Under the pieces are notes generated by a model. That model saw only the letters and a list, made by a program, of their open reading frames with translations, did not search any database and had not been told where the DNA came from. From Parasitella parasitica NRRL 2501 (taxonomy: Eukaryota; Fungi; Mucoromycota): a stretch of DNA of 64,000 bases. Positions 14,880-27,385 of the stretch are shown piece after piece; within the stretch, counting starts at the first letter, position 1, and every line of letters begins with the position of its first letter. The position numbers were made by a program, and so were the translations under genes. The DNA lies in the NCBI GenBank assembly GCA_025201805.1, contig MU619264.1, positions 1 to 64,000 of the forward strand. Reading direction: 5' to 3'.

Positions 14880-15584
14880 AATTTTGGAAACGTGAAAACA
14901 AAAAGAACCACTATTGAAAGCAACCACTGGTTTTAAAAAGGTCACAGCGTTGCCATAGATATACCCCTAACGACGGTACCTATAACTACGTTTAGGTTGC
15001 TTGAAGAAGCTTGCTATCACGGGTAAGAATGGTTAAGGTGATCCTGGATTCTCTATCAAGAATATTGACTCTAAAAAAAAAGTCTCTAGTATCTATACGT
15101 ATTGCATTTTCTTGTAAACTGTCGCTATATCTCATCCATTATTTGATGGCTTGAACGATTTAAATAATGAAAAATGCAAGCAGAAGACACATGGTGCTTC
15201 TCAATGGCCAATTCTATAGCAATATTACTACACCATTATAGACGGAAGCAAATGCTCTGTCAGAAACCCTCAATTAGAGCCTTAAAACCATTCTTCTGTG
15301 ATCCTGGCTATAAATTCATTCTTACTGATAATATGGTGTTAATAAATATTATACATTGATAATATATGCATATGCAAGGTTGTTTGCATTCAATTTTCTA
15401 ATGATTGGTTCAAGTAGAAAGCTTTGTATCCTTTTTAGATTTGTTGTCAAAAATTGGATTGCATAAAATTTGGTTTATATAACAATAAAAATTTGATATT
15501 TCATATCTTTTACTCACAACAACAACGGTATAACTTTCTTTAGGAGTGTTCCAGGCGATATTCAAGGATCAACGTAAGATCCAA

Positions 15585-16970
15585 TGAGCTTCAAAGCTGC
15601 AAAAGTGGCATGCCAACTTGTTAAATCAACCGAAAGGTTTTTGACGACTGCAGCTGACGTCCAGAAATCGGCTGCTTGTATAAAAATAACTACAGCAACT
15701 ACATAAATACAGCTACCTCTTCCGCCTCTACAACGTCTTCGATCGCATTGTCAAAAATCTATTCTGCATTGTCCACGCTGAAAATTGACGAAAGAAAGCC
15801 TCACATGACACGGTATGCTGGTACAGCAATCGAAAATATTAAGTATGAAATCTGAAGACACCTCTTCTAGTACAAAGGCAATGGACAGTACCTCCACAGT
15901 TGCTGTGATTCCATCAGCCGCAGCTCAATCTTTGGATGGCAAAAGACTCGAGTTGGATCGAAAGAAAAAGTAATTCGAGGAGGAAAGAGAGATGTTTGAA
16001 CAAGAGCGTAAATGGATTTTACTGAATAAAGAGAACGCAACCAAGATCCAGCAGGGACTAAAGGAGCAGCAAAAGATGGAACAGCAACAGCAGCGGCAAC
16101 GACAGCAAAGAGCGTTAAATCCAAATCGCCTAAAAGAAGCAGACCATCTTGCAAAGCAGAAGCAAAAAGTTTATATTCTCTCCACAGATCAATTCCTAGA
16201 GCAATTTGAGAAAACGGCTCAATAGTTTGCTCAGGCCAACAATATGGCAATAGACAATGTGTGGGGATCTTAAATACTTTATGCTTTGCCTGAAGATAGA
16301 ATCTCTTGGGCTCAGGAAAATATCCTGGAAAAAGTATACCTGGAGATACGCCAAGTAAATGTACTCTGTAAAATATGCTCGAAAGTCTAATATCAAGTTG
16401 ATCAAAGAGACCCCTATTGGGGACCATCAGTTCCTGCTCCTACTGCAAATGTTGTCACCGCTGATGCTGCTGCTGGTGCCTCAGCTAGCATACCAAGTGC
16501 TCCCACTCCCGCAATATCGGCATTGATGCTGCCGCTACCACTCCTTCTTCTCCCAAAAGATTGGCATTAGACGAGTTGGCTTCTGTAAGAGCTCCAGCTA
16601 GTGCTCAAATCGAAAAACGCGATCAAAGCCGAGTGGCTGATTATTGTCAACTTTTGTTTAGCTTGGAAATAAAGTTCTATGATACCATCGAAGTGCATAA
16701 CAAGCTTTGCATGCGCTACTACGTGGTTGCTAATGTTGATCTCACGGCAAATCATTTATTGATTGCTATATCAGATCATTGAACCTTAAATATCATGGTA
16801 AAGTTAGAGCATCTGTTGGTCTCAGACCAAGCGCCATTGAATAACATCAACCAGACAATGGCCTTGGCAAAGAATGTGACAAATGTTTATATAGCTATAA
16901 ACCCATCTCGTACCAATTCCCTTATTGCCAAAATTGTGTACACAACTACAATATTAACCCAACAGCGTAA
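15585..16970 (+). pseudogene. degraded coding-like relic of unknown family
   Basis: Consecutive protein-like fragments in shifting frames (MSFKAAKVACQ.., MFEQERKW..QQQQQ.., SPKRLALDELASVRAP..) broken by stops. Confidence 0.35.
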
Positions 16971-17300
16971 TTGACAGGATTTGACCTGTGTCACTTACAC
17001 TAGGTAAGTTCATCACAACAAATCGATTTAATATACCCCTTTCCTCTTGCACACAAACTCTGCGCGATAAATCAATTCTTTCTTCTCTTCTTTTATATGC
17101 ATTTCACCACTAACATTGGCTCATTTTCCTTCTCCTCGTCCCTTAATTAGCGTGAATCACACGATTTGATAATAAAATTACATTAAGAACAAGAATCGGT
17201 TATTTAACTAGGTGGCTTTCCTGAAAGAAACGCTGGAACAAACAAAAAGGAAGCAGCATAAAATTTATTTACCCTTTTGTGCACAAATCACAATAGAAAA

Positions 17301-18022
17301 ATGGCCAAAATTACCAAGGTAGAAAATGTATTCAATAAGTTTTTATATCAGATAATTTAACAATATTGCAGACATTGCCATCTACAAAGCAAAAGATACC
17401 CGTTCATAAAGAAGCCAATGTCAAAAAGATCAACCACAAGCGACGTGTAAAAGGAACTTCCGAAGTTGATAATCCCAAGTATGCTAAGATGGTATGGTTA
17501 ACTGAACCAGAAAGCTGGCTTTGCTCAGTCTAATGTTATCTTTAGGACTTCATGTTGAGTCTAGTTGATTCAGCAGCAAAGAAAGAAGATGAAAAGAAAA
17601 GCAAGAAGCTAGCCAAGAAGGTAAAAAAAATCAACTGGTTAATGAATTTTGAGATTATGCATGCTGAATTATGATTAAAGGCACTTATTACCAAGCTCAT
17701 TGAAGAGAATGACGCAAAAAAGAATCTAAAAGTAGAGGAAAAGAAGAAGAAACTAGTAAGATTTTACTCATTCTTGATCTAGTTCCTTCTTTTTTATTTA
17801 TATGACACATAAACAGGAAGAAGTAAAGCAAGCATATCTTGAAGCGCAAAGAAAGAAGAAGAACGATGCCAAAAAGTTGAAGGCAAAAGCAAAGATGGAG
17901 ACTGCTCGTAAAGAACTCCAATCTCCTGTAAGTCTTGGTTGCCTGGCCTACGAAATTAAGACTAACTTTTTTCAATGCAGGTGCAGGAAAAGAAGAAGAA
18001 AAAGAGTGTTAGATTTGCTTGA
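17301..18022 (+). CDS. Loc1-like Lys-rich nucleolar 60S biogenesis protein (6 exons)
   Basis: Five phase-0 GT-AG introns give MAKITK|TLPS..KM|DFMLSLVDSAAKKEDEK..|ALITKLIEE..|EEVKQAYL..|VQEKKKKKSVRFA*; C-terminus resembles the Loc1 KKVSFA ending. Confidence 0.55.
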
Positions 18023-18032
18023 TTTGTATTAT

Positions 18033-18035
<3 letters not shown>

Positions 18036-18076
<41 letters not shown>

Positions 18077-18091
18077 TTTTTTTTTTTTTTT
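18036..18091. repeat. 56-nt poly(T) tract (one A)
   Basis: Direct reading. Confidence 0.95.
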
Positions 18092-19652
18092 GTTTGTAAG
18101 TATGAAGATTTATTAAGAAATAAACTCATAAAAAAAAATAAATTGAGATATTCAACTCACAGGACGTTACTCATTACTACAATTGCTGCGCAGCATCACA
18201 AAGTAATCGAAAGCGACTCAAACCTTCCATATTTTCACCAATTTCTTCATATCAAAGAAACGCTAAATCACAATAAGGAACAAAAATGTATTTTATGTAC
18301 TACTCGACAAGTCCGTGCATTTATATCAGTAGATGTAAAGCCCTTAGCAGTCGAAAATAGAAGCATTTAATTTTTGCCAGTAACCCTGAGGTTATCGATT
18401 GAATTCAGTGATTTCGATCATCGAAAAAAAAAGAGATGCAAGGATACGGCACAGAAGATTAACCTCAGTTAGTTTTATGCTCCACTAAATGACTGAAAGC
18501 ACCCGGTTTGAGGAATACTCTAGAGAAGCATTCTCTCGAGGAAACAAAGATCCCTTTAAGATGCTGTTTTTGCCTTGTATAAGTCATTGGACGTTAATAT
18601 AATAATAAAGTATTCGATATTCCGGATTAAAATCATGCGATACATTGTTAAAGACATGATATGATCAAACAATGAAACATGATACTCTCAAAAATGGGAA
18701 CAGAGGGACGTTTTGAGTTTTCGTATGCATATGTTTGTGCATATCGATGTCAAATATCGAAGTTTATGGTGCTGGCTTTCTTTTATCTGCCGTCATAATT
18801 TTAAGCACCTTTAATTTCGGGTGGATAGTTCACTGAATGTAAATGATATCCACTTGATTGTAATCCCTCTTCTATTTTTGTAATTCGATTATCCAAAGCA
18901 CTTGAAATATACATAAACGGGATGATTGACCTTTTTCTGGCTTTCAGTAATGTTTATTTTGTTCGTATCCACATAGCACATATTATTTGTTTACATATTC
19001 GTATATACCATATATGAGACTAACAACTAAAATTTGCTGGTTTGTAGTATAAACATTTAAACCTGCCCAATTGATTTATACTCGGCTAATAGATATCAGT
19101 TGCAATTGCCGATCAGTCTCTATAAATTTAAGTTTCACCGATTGAGTAAAATTTATGCCAAGCATACAAATATAAAATCGATGACGATATAGTGCATCAT
19201 TTGATCCATTGCCATCGCAATGTCGCAATTTCTATATCGATCAACAATGCAGAATTTATACTGTATACTCGATTTTTTTTACTTGTGATAGCATATGCAT
19301 TAAGAGAAGCTCTGCATTTCTTCATAAGTAGGTTATTTACTGCTGTAAAAAATTCTGATGTTTTCATTTTGTGCCACATTCAATGCTTATTTTTAGAGGC
19401 AAGGACCATTCTCTCACTTCGGGGCTATAAAAATATCATCATAGTATAACCATTTTGACATTTATTGACATGGAAAAATTCGCACTAAAACTTCGAGATT
19501 TACCTCATGGTTATGTATTTCTTCGTGTCCATGGACTAGATCAAATGAAGAATGATTTAATTAAAAAAAGTATCTGTGTTTGTGTATGAGTAGTAATTAA
19601 TGACTATATGTAAGTGTTTAAAAATGTACAAAAGATGGATAAGAAATAATAA

Positions 19653-20956
19653 TTACAAAAGTGCAGAGGCGGCCTTCTTGGCTCTTCTTTTTCGTAGAGT
19701 ACCATTAGCAACTTTTTCCTGACGTGTAACACGACGAGATCTCATTTCAGCATGACGATTACGATAAGAGTCAACAGCGCGCTGGATTAAACCACGACGA
19801 CCACAGAGTTGCTCTTGATTTAACCAACAGAGTTCCCAGCCTAATTTGTTACAACTAGTCTCATACTCCCAGCGATTACCATCGTACTCTTCTCTGGGTA
19901 CATTAGCTCTAGGATAGATCTTGAAATGACAAAACAAAATTTAGTACATGTGTTTCGGATTATATGCTATTACACGAAACTTACAGCATTCTGCACTCGA
20001 AATCCTGCAGGAATATCATCTAGATTGACAGTATCCACATTTGTTCGTACTGTGTATTCTTTCACAAGGCGATCATGAGAATATAAAAATGTAATGTGCT
20101 CAACACCGTTAATGATACGAGCTACTGGTTCATGGGCAGAAAGAGACACGACTGATGCAACCGATGGATGAGATGAAGCTCTGCGACGGTATGTACGAGT
20201 TGGTTCAGGATGGCCATCAGAAGATTTACGGCGGCTGGGACCACGCACTTTAGGTGTTGCTGTAGCATTGTTATCATGGACGTAATGATAAGACATCTTC
20301 TGACATTGCTGTTGAGGCAAGAAGTAAGACATTGAAGGAGGAGTCGACACATTGCTATTTGGTGAATTACTACTAGAAGCAGATGCTGAAGACGGCGGTG
20401 TGGTTTCTTGAAATACTTGTTGCTGCTGAGAGTTTGACGAAAAATCATGACTATTGACATTGATGGGTTTATTTGTTATGGTAACCAAATCGTTGTTGTT
20501 GTCAATTTGATTTAATAGAGAATTAGGCGAGAACATATTCAGTGTTTGTTGAGATTGTGATATTGGCATTGGCAAATAAGAAAGGGGCTCTTCTTTCAAG
20601 ACGTTGTTATTAAGCAATGTCCATTCTTCTTTGATGGTTGGAGGTACTTGAATGTTGCTGCTGTTCCAAGTTGAAAAAAGATTATCGAATGTATTATCAA
20701 TTGGCTGTTGCTGGACAGGCTGATCAATAACAGTTGTCAATGGCCACAATGACATGTCAAGTTCATTAGAGCCCAAAACACCTATAAAATTCATTTGTTG
20801 AGGCTGACTGAAAGGAAACGTAGCAGTGGTAGGTGTGGTAGTAGCCGTGGTAGCAGAAGGCCAAGTAGGGGAACTAGATTTTTGGTTGTAGTCGTTATAT
20901 GTAGAAGCAAAGGTTTGCTCGGACGATGTATCGAGGTAGACAGCAGAATTATTCAT
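19653..20956 (-). CDS. fungal protein with Q/S/N-rich N-terminus and conserved C-terminal domain of unknown function; putative transcriptional regulator
   Basis: NGVEHITFLYSHDRLVKEYTVR...NA|IYPRAN...GNRWEYETSCNKLGW...RGLIQRAVDSYRN...RSRRV plus basic tail RKRRAKK; one intron ~19921-19985; first in-frame ATG at 20956. Confidence 0.75.
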
Positions 20957-23149
20957 TTCGAAAAGATGAAACGGAGTGGAAAAAGAATAATCCACCCAGA
21001 AATTTGCATGTTATTTATATTAGAAAATCCATGCGTAATTTACTATAACGAGTTGACTGAAATGAAACCCAAGTGGCGCTTAAATTGCAGAACACAGACT
21101 GAATACGCTGTAAAAGCCTCTGATTACAATTCCTCGCTATTTATCGATGAAGATCTAATATCAATGGCGAAATATGTTAAAAAACCGTTCATTGCCAAAA
21201 TGATATTGCCTCTCGGGCGAGAGCAACTTTTGCTTGTGTATAGTTTATTGGGGCAAAAGTCTTCTCATCTCAATGGCAAATAATCTTGGCGAGGATTGAA
21301 AATCTCTTGTTTGGATTTGTAGTAATCCTGGTGCCAATATTAATGCTACTAGCCGTAATTGATTATATTTATCTCATACCTGATTTCTCGTAAGAGTACT
21401 AATGCTACCGTATACATGCATACTACATTTACTAACCTTCACTTCATGCCATCATGAGTTTATGGCTGCTCGAAGAAACAAATGTTCGGATCCCCCAACA
21501 CGGCCAAATACACGAAAGTACGAGAATCCATTGGTTTCTGTAATTCAACTTGAACACATTAACGCGAAAAGATTTTTACTTCAATGGTAACAAATACAGT
21601 GAAGAAGCAACGTTTAGCCGATTCCTTATTATTTCAACATCTAAAACACTCTTCTTTGATTCTCATAATGTTCCTTTTTATTCTATGCATGCATAGCCAT
21701 TATGAGCTGTCATATTATGTCAACTTCGTAAATGATTCTGAAAGTCTAACCACACCATTATGCATTTTCCTGTGGATGCAATAAAAAATATGGGGACAAA
21801 CATTCGTTTGTCTTTTGTTTGGATTATTCGCAAAATATCAGCATCACCTCTACCTTGACCAAATCTGCCATTTTACTTTTACATTTTAATGCAGCAAATC
21901 CAATCAATGGATAATATTAATTGCGATTGGATGAGTTTTTATCGCAATTGGCTTAAATCTAAGAAACAGACGCACATGCGACAAAGATCGGATATGGGAT
22001 CCAAAATGTTACTAGGAGCCTAAGTGTTGTTATAACAGTATCAAACTAAATGATCGTCTTATTAGCTTTCGCTGTAGGTAAATAATGTGTGAGCTATACA
22101 TTTTCTGATCTTGAACCACCTCTCATGCCCGATAAATTAATTTCATCTATTTGTGAGTGAATCTCATGTCACATTACCAACACAGCAATCAGGTGTGAAC
22201 CTTTTCATTACTTGCAAAGCATATTTAGACATGTAAATGTATAATCCTACAATTTTGGTTTCCAAAATTTCCACGTGCAAGAAAGTTAAGACATAGATTA
22301 GTTTCCTCTGTAAAACAGTAGCTGTAGTAATCTGATACTGTTTTGAGAAACACAGCATTGAAATCCATTAAATGTGAATTCCAGCTTGTACTTCAATCAC
22401 TTCATGTTTATTTTACGTAACCAAATTTATGATATACTGATGATCTTCTTTTAAAAAATTGTTATATACCATTCTTTTATAATTTGATCTTAAACTAACA
22501 TTTAATTGATTGAAACTATTTGTTTCGTGTAACTACACTTGTTCCTCCAGCAGTAATGCATGCAGTCGCTCCAAAAATGAGCGTATATACTTAGTAAATC
22601 TCCTAATCACAAATCTCTCCTCATGATAGTTGTGTATTCTATACCATTATCAAACAGTCTTTTTCTAAAAATCTGAGTAGTAAAACCTCCTTGCTGTGGA
22701 ATCAGCAGAAATTTCATACAAGATTATCTCCATCTACATTTAAACATCACCTCAACGCCTTGGTTGAAGCAATAAAATATTATTAACTCATAACCGGTAT
22801 CGTCATTAATCAGTAATTGGTAAGCAATTCACACTTATGTGCTTCAGTTGGCTTTTATATTATTACAAATTATGTTTTATATTTTGAACTTGAAAATATT
22901 CTTCCGCTTAAGCTATATGCCTGATTAGTGGGAGGCAGTACACGCCGCTTGCTACTATGTTATAGTAATCTTTGATCTTGTAGTACTCTGTACTAGCTGT
23001 CATAAATTTACCATGAGAGCTTTTGGATTGAATTTCAATAAAGCAATTTTCTAACTATCTGTAATTTCTGTTGATGTTAAGGAAATTGAACAGATCTTGA
23101 ACAAATAAGCATACTAAATTAAGAGCTCAGCTGTTCCCCCGATATAATA

Positions 23150-25060
23150 TGCGTGCTTTCTACTCAAATTAAAGAGCTTGTATTGGTCATAACTCCTGCT
23201 CTAAAGTATCGCAAGAACCGCGATCGAACCTGGAAAAAAATAGCGATAAATCAGCGCTATGTAATGAAAACATTTGTATCAATGAAATTATTGATATCTA
23301 TAAAGCAGTTACGAACAGAAAGAACATATTCTCTTACAAAATTTGTTTATAATAAACCTTGATAGCTTAAGTAAAAGAGGATCCAATGAGATGATATAAG
23401 TTGAAATTATATAGTTGGGTTGATCCTATCATTGGGTTATAATCGGCTGGTTTTACTGATTGTAATTACTATTACTAAGGATATGATTAATACTTAATGA
23501 TCTGTTGTGAGAAAGGGCTATATGCATCGATGATAGGTAAGTGTGATAAAATGGTATAATATTTATTGCCTGGGATTGTGGTAATAAATATATTTAAGAA
23601 AGGAGAAAAGGTAAATTCACTACGGTTCAATTTTATCTGGATGCTTGTCGTATTAATACGAGTATTAGAAGACAATTTCAAAGCGAATTGACATTTGAAA
23701 TGTCTGTTATGCGCAGAGGATATATAAATATAATCTGCTCAAAAAATGTATAAATTTATGACTTAATTGATAAGAAATGCCATCCTTTTATATTGGATTA
23801 TTTCTATCGTAACACTATTTGCCATCATCGTTAAACATTGAGCTTGGTATTACATACCAAGTAAATTACATATTATTATACATCAATAGCTCATTCATTG
23901 TCATTTTATACAAAGCATTAATAATCAAATAATTGCTTAATATTATGCCTTTCTAGCACAAAAATGTCGATAATTATGCAATGACGATACTATATGTCTT
24001 CCCGTATCATTACATAAACAATACATTAGGCTTTGATAGAAATCAAATTATAGATTAATAAGCTACCGTTGTTAGCTGAAACAGGCATAATCATCCCTAT
24101 CTGAGTATAACTTGGTTTCCGTTAAATGATATGTGTTGTCTATCAAAAGTTATGGGCAAAAGCAATTTTATTCTTCGCATATTTTCATAAGTATCAGATA
24201 TTTGCTCATAACTTCTGCTAAAATGGTCGTAGAACTGAGCTTTGACTTGTTAAACTTAGCGTTGACTTGGCGCTATCTGGCAACAACATTGGCGTCCATG
24301 TTTTTAAGAAAATCTAGAAAGTTATCTGCAAAAGCCATACGAAAATCGCATATAAACGCCGATTAGCTACGATAAAGAGCAACATAAAGCATGTTTTATG
24401 CTTCATAAAAACAGATATGATCATCGCTATCTGAGCATAACTTGATTCTACTGGATAATGTCCCTATCAAAAGCTATGTGGAAAAACGGTTTTTATTTTC
24501 ATAATTAACAGACATCTGGTCAAAATAATTGTCGGTTTTTGCCTGTTAACTGGAGGTTGAATCTTATCTCAATTCCAACATTGACACTAACATTCAAATG
24601 GAATTGTATAAAGGCTTTTAGGAAACCAGGGCTTCCTTTTTCAATCATTAACAAAGAGCCAACGTTCTCCGCGATATAATTGCTCGCAGTCTCTTTATTT
24701 AATTGTCTTTGGAAATAATCGTTATTCATATCGAAACAAAACGTCGCACCGAGAGATCTAACTTGGATAACAAACCGTCGTTGACTTGACGGTATCTGAC
24801 GATAAAATTGTATCGAGGTTTCCTTTGATATCTATAAATTTAGCATCAGCAGAAAACCATTAACTTTCAAAAATATGAATATTCAATACATATATAAATA
24901 TATATACGCTTTTTTCACAGCAAAATAAAGCCTATCTTAAGCTTCATTAAAATAAGCATAATTAGGGCAATCTGAGCATTACTTGATCTCCCTTGGGCGA
25001 CGTGCCTAGCAAAATCTATATCGAGATAGTTGCGGACACAAAAAAAATCCATATTTATAA
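23150..25060 (-). pseudogene. decayed gene built from tandemly duplicated ~330-bp exon+intron modules
   Basis: Homologous blocks at ~24080, ~24408, ~24950 and at ~23240, ~24257, ~24777; a shared minus-strand frame with stops and frameshifts. Confidence 0.55.
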
Positions 25061-25250
25061 TGAGGACACTCCAAACAAGGTATCGTCAAATTGTCGTTTA
25101 ATATGAAATGTCAGTTGGGGCACAGGGAGAGAGCGGAAAAATTTAATAGCTAGTATAATGATCTATTATTTGCGCAAGTTTTACATATATACACTGAAGC
25201 TTAGCCTTTGTTTGGAGATGTTTGCGTCTTCTGAGTGATTTCGTTTGCCG

Positions 25251-27046
25251 TTACACACACGATGATGCTGATCGAGATAGCTGATTTTGTGATAAGCCAT
25301 CTATTGTTGTTGTTCCTGGTGCTGCTTTCAAGTTCGGCAAAGATGAAGAAGATGCTACATTATCCATTAAGCCATTGTTTTCTGTATTATCGCTTCTTAC
25401 TAGAGGAATTGAATTATAGTCAAAATGCTCGATAAAGCGACTTTTTATGAGGCGTGGAGGTGAAGGTTTTATTTGTGGGGAGGTTGATTGTTTCGAAGCT
25501 GGGAATAGATCAATTGGTGATATACATTTGATGGGAGACAAAACATATGGTATATTAGACGATGTCTCAGCCATATTGTGAGATTCTATAAAGCAAGAGT
25601 TAATATAACTGAGATTGTTGGTTATGCCTGTAGGAGTAATAGTTTCGAACCTGAATCAATTGCATCTCTGGACACTGAGAAAAATAAACGCTTCTTCATC
25701 TTGTCAGGATATTGCTCATGTCGTAACTGATCACTACTGCGCTTTCGCCGGATACAACACCAAATAAACAAGGCAACAAGAGCTATAAATAAAATGCTTC
25801 CCATGATGGATCCGAGAATAACAGCCAGTGAGTTGCTGGAGGATGTATTTCCTTGCATTGTTGCGGCGGCGTTGTTTGTTAGCCATGGAGGCTGTGGTAA
25901 AAACCTAAAATCAGTCGTATTAAAAAAAAGCAGGTTTTCTTGCTGATCCGTTGCTGTTGCCCCTCCATAGAAAACCGCCAAATCTGCGGCAACCAGTGTA
26001 ACAGTGCCTCCCAAGACAGGATTAAAAACATTTGATGTTTGATTTGCATCTCTTGTTTTACTGTTAACATTGTTTATTATTATAGGTGAAATAGTAATAT
26101 TGTTATATATCTGTTTGGATACATCTAATTTCCAAAATGTGACCTTCTTGGTTGGAGTGTTTGTTGCTGTCTCGCTATCGTGGAAGCTTTGTGTAGCAAA
26201 AGGCGACGTTGAGGACAAACTTGGCACAATGATTAGAGAGTCCGATTCTGCAGTTGTAGTAGCAGCAGCTATTGCTTTAATGGATTGCGTGGTGGTATTG
26301 AATGATGCAACGGTGCCGAGCCATAAAAACGCATAAGGATCAAAACAATCGACAAATGTAACGTATTGGCCATGGTTGGCTTGGGTGCGAAAATGTAAGA
26401 TCCACCTGGATGTGGCATATAAAACAGAGTTGGACACAGATGATGGAGGAGGCGTCGAGGGTGTTGTTTTCAATCCATGCCATATCCCAAATGCCGGATG
26501 TCCCAGGTCGAGGATGTAGGTCTGTTGCGATTCTGTTTGATTTGCATCCCGTCCTCCTTGCACGAGCAGGTAGTCATTGAACGACGTAAATGTATAATCC
26601 GTCAGAAATGTTGACTGTGTGATGAATTTGTCAATTGCAGCTTGATCTCCTTGAAATGTTATGTTTGTTTCAGCTACGACAGTGAGGTTTGGCGAGATTG
26701 CATCTACGATTTGTAATGGTCTTTCTTGGAGCACCAAGATGACTTTGCCCGATCTTGTGATAATGCATGCAGGATCTGTAGTAGCATGGCGGCTTATTTG
26801 TTGGCTTTGCTGCTGCTGCTGCTGCTGCTGTGCTATTATTTTGGGCGGATTAGCGTAGAGATCGTTGCTATCAAATATTATCGAGATATTCTTGGTTCTC
26901 CCCATGATGTATAATGTCTCCTCGACAGCAAACGCGCAATTGCTTTGATTTGGCAACCCGAAATCACTGAAATCTAATGATTCTATTTTTTTTGGCATGA
27001 TGAACAGACACAACACCCACCACCATTTCAGTCGTATGGAATGCAT
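25251..27046 (-). CDS. single-pass membrane protein with signal peptide and kelch-like ectodomain
   Basis: Hydrophobic N-terminus (KWWWVLCLFIM); LLVQGG and AVFYGG kelch-like motifs; TM LAVILGSIMGSILFIALVALFIWCC followed by RRKR; intron ~25588-25651 joins in frame to ORF 25251-25574. Confidence 0.7.
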
Positions 27047-27336
27047 AATCAAAAAAAAAAAAAAAAGAAGATACGAGGAGAAAGAAAGAGAGGCGAAGAG
27101 AAGAAGGAAGAGAAGAGCAGAAATATAAAATGGGATTGCCACAAAACTGTTTTATAGTGCAACAGTAAATAAACAGAAGCGCATTTGACTTGTATAAAAT
27201 AATACGATCATCCGAATACAAAAAAAAAAACCTAGCCTGCCTGGCTACTTTATTTTTATATAACATAAATCATCACAGTTTCTCCTCCGTCAGATTTGTT
27301 GCCGTGGCCTAGGGTTCGTATACATTTATGTGTATA

Positions 27337-27356
27337 NNNNNNNNNNNNNNNNNNNN
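27337..27356. other. assembly gap (20 N)
   Basis: N run. Confidence 1.
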
Positions 27357-27385
27357 TTGCTTTTAAAGGCAAGATAAAATGACAT

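Noticed and set aside
21919-21949. 9-bp perfect inverted repeat AATTGCGAT/ATCGCAATT
   Set aside because: Isolated and short; expected by chance in 64 kb.
23205-23290. tRNA-like GGTTCGATC on the minus strand
   Set aside because: No T-stem pairing, D-arm or acceptor stem; it lies within the decayed repeat module.
27290-27336. GGGTTCGTA next to the gap as a tRNA T-loop
   Set aside because: No cloverleaf can be built.
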